Source: Chlorokybus atmophyticus
Lineage: Eukaryota; Plantae; Mesostigma and Chlorokybus algae
Length of the DNA stretch: 23,407 nucleotides
Direction of reading: 5' to 3'
NCBI GenBank assembly: GCA_009103225.1
Contig: RHPI01000810.1
Location: 1,256,748 to 1,280,154, forward strand
Positions 18,401-23,407 of the stretch are shown here, piece after piece (position 1 is the first letter of the stretch; each line of letters opens with the position of its first letter). The notes beneath the pieces were generated by a model, which worked only from the letters and a program-made list of their open reading frames with translations, was not told the DNA's origin and did no database searches. The translations under genes and the position numbers were made by a program.

Positions 18401-21400
18401 CGAGGCGGGCGAGGCGGTCCACCACGCGGAGAGCTGCATGGGGCGTGCAGGAGTGAGTGTGTTGTTGTGAATGCGGTGTGGTGGTGGGTTGCAAAGTTGC
18501 AGCAAACGGCGCTACTGTAGAGCACTGTAGCGTGGTACAGTGTTAAAAATAGTAGTTTGGTGTTGTGCAGTGCAGTGCAGTGCAGTGCAGTGCAGTGCAG
18601 TGGTAAACATAAACTTTATAGCACTGTCCAATACAGTTCAGCATGTTGGGTGTGTTTAGGTAGTACAGTACAAGAAAGTACAGGCAGTACACCAGATTGC
18701 AGGATAGACACAGACACACTGCACAATGGGCCCGCACTCATCACACTTCGCATCACATCACCCCCACCTTTCCCACTCAGCTGCAGCTTCATCTCCTCAG
18801 TCGCCTCCCCCAGCCTCTCTCCCTCCCCCTCCTCCTCCTCCTCCTCCTCCTCCTCCTCCTCATGGTTGTTGTCCCCCTCCTCCGCCCGCCTCATTGCATG
18901 GTTGTTGATAGCCGCGTACGCCCGCCTCACTCGTGATATGATCGTGCGGCCGTCCAGGACGCGGGAGGACTCCTCGGCAACATCGTCCGCCACAGTGACT
19001 GAGACAGAGAGTGTTTGTGGGTGGGTGGGGTGGGGTGGGGTGGGTTGAGTGTTGGTGTACCTGCGTGGATGTAAAGGGAGCGGTACAGTCTGTCGATAGC
19101 AGGGAAGTCCAACCCGAGCTTGATTAGTTGTGTTCTTGATAAGCCGCTCGCGCTCAACCCGCCGGCCACACGCATACCCGCACCAGTTGTTGTTGTTGTT
19201 GCTGCTGCTGCTGACTGTCATTTGAAATGCCAAGTGTGAGTTCTGGAGTCCCATTGCATCATGACTCAACGACAAGTCTCTCACCGTGTCTGTGTCATCC
19301 ACCACGTTGCATCGCGCGAGCGCCACGTCGAGCCACTTTTCCACAAGGAAGGTCTCTCTCTTCTCCTTGTTGTCCAACTTTGAACCATCATCATCATCAT
19401 CATCAGGAACTTCTTCAATGCCAGCGTCATCGCTCTGGTGAGAGGGACCGCGCTTGCCGCTGTCACGCGATGGTGGCAGTGTTGGTGAAGAGGATGCGTA
19501 TGATAGGTGGGCTGGGGTCGCGACTCGCAGCCTTGCCTGTGTGTTGGGAGATATGTTGGAACAGGCACAACGCACGCACACATACACACACTAATGCATA
19601 GACATACACAGACGGTTTTGTGCACACACAACATGCGCTCACGCGTGCACACGTAAGTACACATACGCATACGTGCACATACATGTGTAATGCGCAGATC
19701 TGCACACACGCGTACATAAAAATGTACATGCAAGCTGACCTGCACACATACATATACCTGCATACACACACACACACGCGCATGCACCCGTACACAAACA
19801 CCCGCGCGGACACGCAAGCACTTGCGCATGCACACAACCTCGCATGCACACACACGTGCGTGTGAGCACATGCACACACCACCATACACGCTCATACCGT
19901 GAAGTCGTGTTCGGGGCTCGTGCGGTTAGACGGCGCCGATATCGGCGGCAACGCTCTCGCCCTCACATTACCAGAAGACAACGATGACGACGACGACGAC
20001 AACGACGAAGACGACGAAGATGACGATGTTGGACGTTCCAACCCAACATCACGCTCTGTCAAGTTACTAAAGCGCAATGTTCTTCGTGTGGACTGTTGCA
20101 TTGCGCTCGGTGTGGTCGATATCGAGGTCACTGTCACTCCCTCAGGCGCAAATATCTTGCTTCTGCTGCTCGATATCTGCCTCCTGCCGATATCAGCTTT
20201 GCTGAGGATATCGTCGGCTGCAGCAAAGCGCAGGCGTCTCGTTTCGGGGTCTCTTTTCATAATATCGCCGCCATCACGACGATAATACTGCGGCCTGTCT
20301 GTCAAAGCTGCTCTACCGCCGATATTACCCTCACCCTCCGTGTACATTGAGCTCGCACCGATATCACCAGCAAACCGCAGCTTTCTTCGGTCTATCTGCC
20401 CCACACCAGAAACACTGTGTGTCTCAGCGTCCCCGATATCAGCAGAGCCATGATGCCTGGTGCGGATATCACCAGAGAAGCCTCTGATATCGCGTTTGTC
20501 GTCAGTGGGAGGACTCTGATATCTTGTCCAGGTGGTGATGTCGGCGTCCGGCCACGCTGTTCTGTGCACATTGCCCAAATGAGGAGGAGTCTGCTGTTGT
20601 TGTTGTTGTTGTTGTTGTTGTTCGGGTACGGGTAGAGCGGTGGATATCTGCCTGCCGACCCCCCCGGCTTGAGACTGTATCTGAGCGCTGAGGGCGGCCA
20701 TCGAGGCGCGGAGGGAGACCATGGAGGAGGCTGGAGAACACAACAAGGATGAGAATGTGTGTATGTGCGTTCACATGTGTATGCGCGTGGGCGCGTGTGC
20801 ATATGCGTGTAAATGTGTGTTCGTGTATATGTGTTTATGTGTGCGTATGCGCGCATCCGTGTGTGAATGCGCGTGCGCGTGTGCGTGTGTGCCTGTTGAG
20901 GAAGGTTACTTGTGTGCTTTGGAAGGTATGTGCATGGCCGTGTGCATGCGTATGCGTGCTTGCTTGCTTCAACTCTGTGTATGAGAGGCACAAGGTTGTG
21001 CATGCATGAAAGAGTGCGTGTGCATGTCCATGTGCATGCGCGCGTGGGAGGGGAGGAGGTTGTTTGTTGTGTGCGTGCGTGTATGTGTGCGCGTGCACGA
21101 GTGCATGCGCTTGTGTGTTGTGCATTGATGTGTGTCCGTGCGTGCCTGTGTGCAAAGGTGTGCGGGAGCTAGCGTGTGTACACACATGCATGTCTAGTTT
21201 GCGTGTGTACGTGCGTGCATACACATATGAACATGCGCATACATATAAGCATGTTGCTATGTGTTGATGTGATGCGTGTGACAAAGTAAGCCCAGTAAGA
21301 AATGTAATGATCATCCCCACCCCACACCTTTGACCGAGTTATTCAAGTAATGCTGTGCTTGTCGACTTGCATTGCTCAACATAGTGCTGGTCAGTTGTCA

Positions 21401-21720
21401 CTTGAGGCAACACCACTGTCTGGGTTTGTCAACTGTTACAAAGCGCACACCACGCTCGGCACCAAAACACCTGATAGTATGGCTGTACAGGGATGCTGAT
21501 GGACTCGGAGTGCTCAACTGCAATCAAGATAGTGATAGATATGAAACCTCCTTGCGGTACACACGTGTGAACACAGGTGTGCACCGCGAGTGTGAAGTTT
21601 CAAACCATATTATGCTGATACATACGTAATAGTAAATACGTGCTGCCATGTGGTGCAGGCACACTTACCCTCGGGCGACGCCCTCGCTCTACTGCCATCC
21701 CGCCGTCGCCGCTCCTCCAT
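8292..21720 (-). CDS. Very large multi-exon coiled-coil protein (about 2,000 aa, about 37 exons), uncharacterised
   Basis: GT-AG exons chained with matching phases (high to low): 21720-21669, 20730-19898, 19536-19285, 19214-19061, 18998-18777, 18433-18048, 17684-17580, 17489-17395, 17189-16896, 16395-16329, 16217-16158, 16072-15974, 15746-15636, 15414-15121, 14989-14883, 14815-14740, 14647-14594, 14432-14312, 14221-14145, 14039-13875, 13796-13684, 13327-13108, 13028-12930, 12833-12741, 12665-12576, 12282-12199, 11715-11596, 11353-11235, 11165-11062, 10751-10673, 10583-10513, 10233-10022, 9849-9496, about 9245-9131, about 9070-8985, about 8750-8591, 8510-8292 (stop). The middle is E/Q/R/A/L heptad-rich. 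Junctions near 12199-11715 and 9245-8750 are uncertain, and a split into two genes is not excluded. Confidence 0.8.
10250..10480 (+). repeat. Degenerate (AAC)n/(AGC)n/(GAC)n trinucleotide tract filling intron 10234-10512
   Basis: ...caacaacaaacacaatcacaacaacaacaacaacaacaacacc..., bounded by minus-strand GT (10512) and AG (10234) sites. Confidence 0.9.
18566..18600 (+). repeat. (TGCAG)7 perfect pentamer array in intron 18434-18776
   Basis: tgcag repeated seven times exactly. Confidence 0.95.
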
Positions 21721-22045
21721 CTTACCTCACCCTCACCCTAACCCCAGCCCTGGCGTGGCCTGGTCCGGCCCGGCCCGGCCTGGCCTGGCCTGGCCTAGCG
21801 TGGCCTGGTCAGAAAATAGCAGAGAGACACGGAGCGTATCTCGTAACGCGATTACGCACTTGTCACGTGACGAGGATTACGATTGCGTCCTTGCTCCAAC
21901 CGTCGACACTTAGCAACACAACCCTGTCGACGGTCGGTGCGTGCAGCGGTGGTGGTGGTTGGTGGCAGCAGCGGCGGCGGCGAGGTCGTGGAGGAGAGGG
22001 AGGAGGAGGACAAAGAGGAAGTGTAGAAGGGGCAGTTAGGTGAGC
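21721..22045. promoter_or_regulatory. Putative bidirectional promoter and 5' UTRs between two head-to-head genes
   Basis: 325 bp separate divergent ATGs (21720 minus, 22046 plus). The region is CpG-rich and contains GTCACGTGAC (21862-21871), GATTACG twice (21850, 21875) and a 10-bp inverted repeat (21899-21908 / 21925-21934). Confidence 0.65.
21751..21810 (+). repeat. (YGGCC)-type pentamer array, 12 units in register
   Basis: tggcg tggcc tggtc cggcc cggcc cggcc tggcc tggcc tggcc tagcg tggcc tggtc. Confidence 0.9.
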
Positions 22046-23326
22046 ATGGCGCAAAGAGGCGGCGGAAAGCGGCCGACCGGGACGGACGGCTCGGATTACC
22101 GCTTCAGGCAAACTGTTGAGCAAAGTGCGGCAAACACACTTTTTTGTTGGCATACATAGTCACTAGGTGTTTCATGGTTTGACTGTGAACTTGCTTGAAG
22201 GAGTTAGTAAGCAACTTACTGTCCATCCTTTCAAGTAGTTATGCTGAGCCTGTAAGTCTTTTACTTCCAAAAGTGCGATTACTTCTGACATTGGCACCAC
22301 GTGAAGTTGGTTTGTGCTTAATGACTGAACAATGAGAACAAGCTCAAGTGAGTGAGCATCTTGTAGATCATCGTATTAAAGTCTGCAATGCAAGGTGCAC
22401 TGAGTGCTCGCTACAAGTGCATGTAGGTAATCATTGTTCGCTCTGCATGCATGCTTGCACGCATGGAAGCATGCGTGCAAGACAAACGAAAGAGTTCGTC
22501 TACCATGCATTGCTTGGTAGCACGGTATAAATCAGTCTCCACATTGGGAAATTGTAAACAAACTGCATGCAGGGCTGTGTTGAATGCATTGTCGCCCTTT
22601 GCTGCCCGAGCTGTCAGCCTCATTACCTTTATCAACCAGGGTTCAAAAATGCGACGCTGTATCGCGCCCGACTGAGAACGCTGCTCGGCATTCAGGTGAG
22701 AACTAAACATGTTTAACGTGTTGGTGGTATTACCTGTGCAGCTAGCAGTAGTCCTTGCTGTTACTCTCTGAAGTCATGATGGAGTGAAGTTAACAGTGGT
22801 GGCGTTGTTTGCAGCTGTTGCAATCGCGGTCATATGAATCTTGTATTGAATGTACCTTAGCTGCAGTTGTGTGGTGTACCTGATCTTGTGTTATGTATGG
22901 GCAAGTTGACACTAGTAACAGCTGCTTAGCAGCTGTCACGTTGACACCGTCGTACAGCATACTCACAATCACACCTTTGGGTTTGTAACACATCCCTTCC
23001 GCTCTAGCTGGCGTACCACGTGTTTGTGGCGGTGTGGTCCTGTCTTCCATTACTGCTGCGGCTCTCATCTCCCGCGTTGCTGTCGCCAACCACGTGGTGG
23101 TTCGCCACGATGGGTTTGGCAATCGTTGCGCTCGGAGCCACGGGTATGGTTGATGATGTTGGGATGATTGTAGTGAGTGTAGTGACTTTGCAGTGATGTT
23201 GGTAATGTGTGCGCAGTGTCGAGGAGACAAGCGGATCCGAGCCGGTTGCACTTCTTCGCTGCGCTCTCGTTGGTTGTTGCTGTGTCGGCCATACTGATAT
23301 CTGACGACATTCTACGAGGCTATAAA
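22046..23326 (+). CDS. JAGN1: Jagunal homologue (ER membrane protein), 3'-partial
   Basis: Exons 22046-22124, 22640-22695, 23008-23143, 23217-23326 (phases 1, 0, 1, 0; all GT-AG) give MAQRGGGKRPTGTDGSDYRFRQTVEQRFKNATLYRARLRTLLGIQLAYHVFVAVWSCLPLLLRLSSPALLSPTTWWFATMGLAIVALGATVSRRQADPSRLHFFAALSLVVAVSAILISDDILRGYK. GTDGSD[FY]xxR is the recalled Jagunal N-terminal signature, and it is followed by three hydrophobic helices. The gene continues past the gtaagc donor at 23327. Confidence 0.88.
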
Positions 23327-23332
23327 GTAAGC

Positions 23333-23407
23333 CTCTCTCTCTCTCTCCCTCTCTCCCTCTCTCCCTCTCTCCCTCTCCCTCTCCCTCTCTCCCTCTCCCT
23401 CTCCCTC
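23333..23407. repeat. (CT)n/(CTCCCT)n microsatellite inside a JAGN1 intron, at the window edge
   Basis: Directly visible, immediately after the donor at 23327. Confidence 0.95.

Larger units (their letters stand above)
8760..21270. repeat. Many intronic alternating purine-pyrimidine tracts: (CA)n, (GCAC)n, (GCAT)n and their complements
   Basis: Examples: 9300-9460, 9870-10010, 11395-11470, 12360-12560, 13385-13640, 14440-14545, 16670-16860, 17865-17975, 19565-19880, 20755-21270. Confidence 0.9.

Noticed and set aside
22411-23310. Minus-strand ORFs suggesting a gene nested opposite JAGN1
   Set aside because: They overlap the phase-consistent plus-strand JAGN1 exons and have no recognisable motifs.
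1-23407. CRISPR arrays, tRNAs, rRNAs, prokaryotic operons
   Set aside because: None seen. All tandem repeats are spacerless microsatellites and the genes are spliceosomal.

Overview
Eukaryotic, intron-rich genomic DNA with microsatellite-laden introns. The organism is probably a unicellular flagellate, but the taxon cannot be fixed from this window. I read three spliced genes by hand by chaining splice-site phases. (1) A plus-strand type II membrane GT2-like glycosyltransferase with a coiled-coil stem (3606-7471, about 714 aa). Three of its 13 modelled introns need GC donors. (2) A minus-strand gene of about 37 exons encoding a coiled-coil protein of about 2,000 aa (21720 to 8292). (3) A Jagunal/JAGN1 homologue (22046 to beyond 23326), head-to-head with gene 2 across a 325-bp promoter. 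The left 3 kb looks accessory. It holds an ORF missed by the ORF track that runs off the window (513 to <1, minus strand; possibly a transposon protein) and a 2.1-2.95 kb stretch with transposon-like inverted repeats, many hairpins and chained palindromes. That stretch is the least explained part of the window. I found no rRNA, tRNA or CRISPR array. Most ORFs in the supplied track are antisense shadows or translated microsatellites. I cannot demonstrate a new biological system. The best leads are the structured element at 2141-2945, the GC-AG intron cluster, and a frame-independent GATATC cluster inside one exon. All family assignments come from recalled motifs, not database searches.
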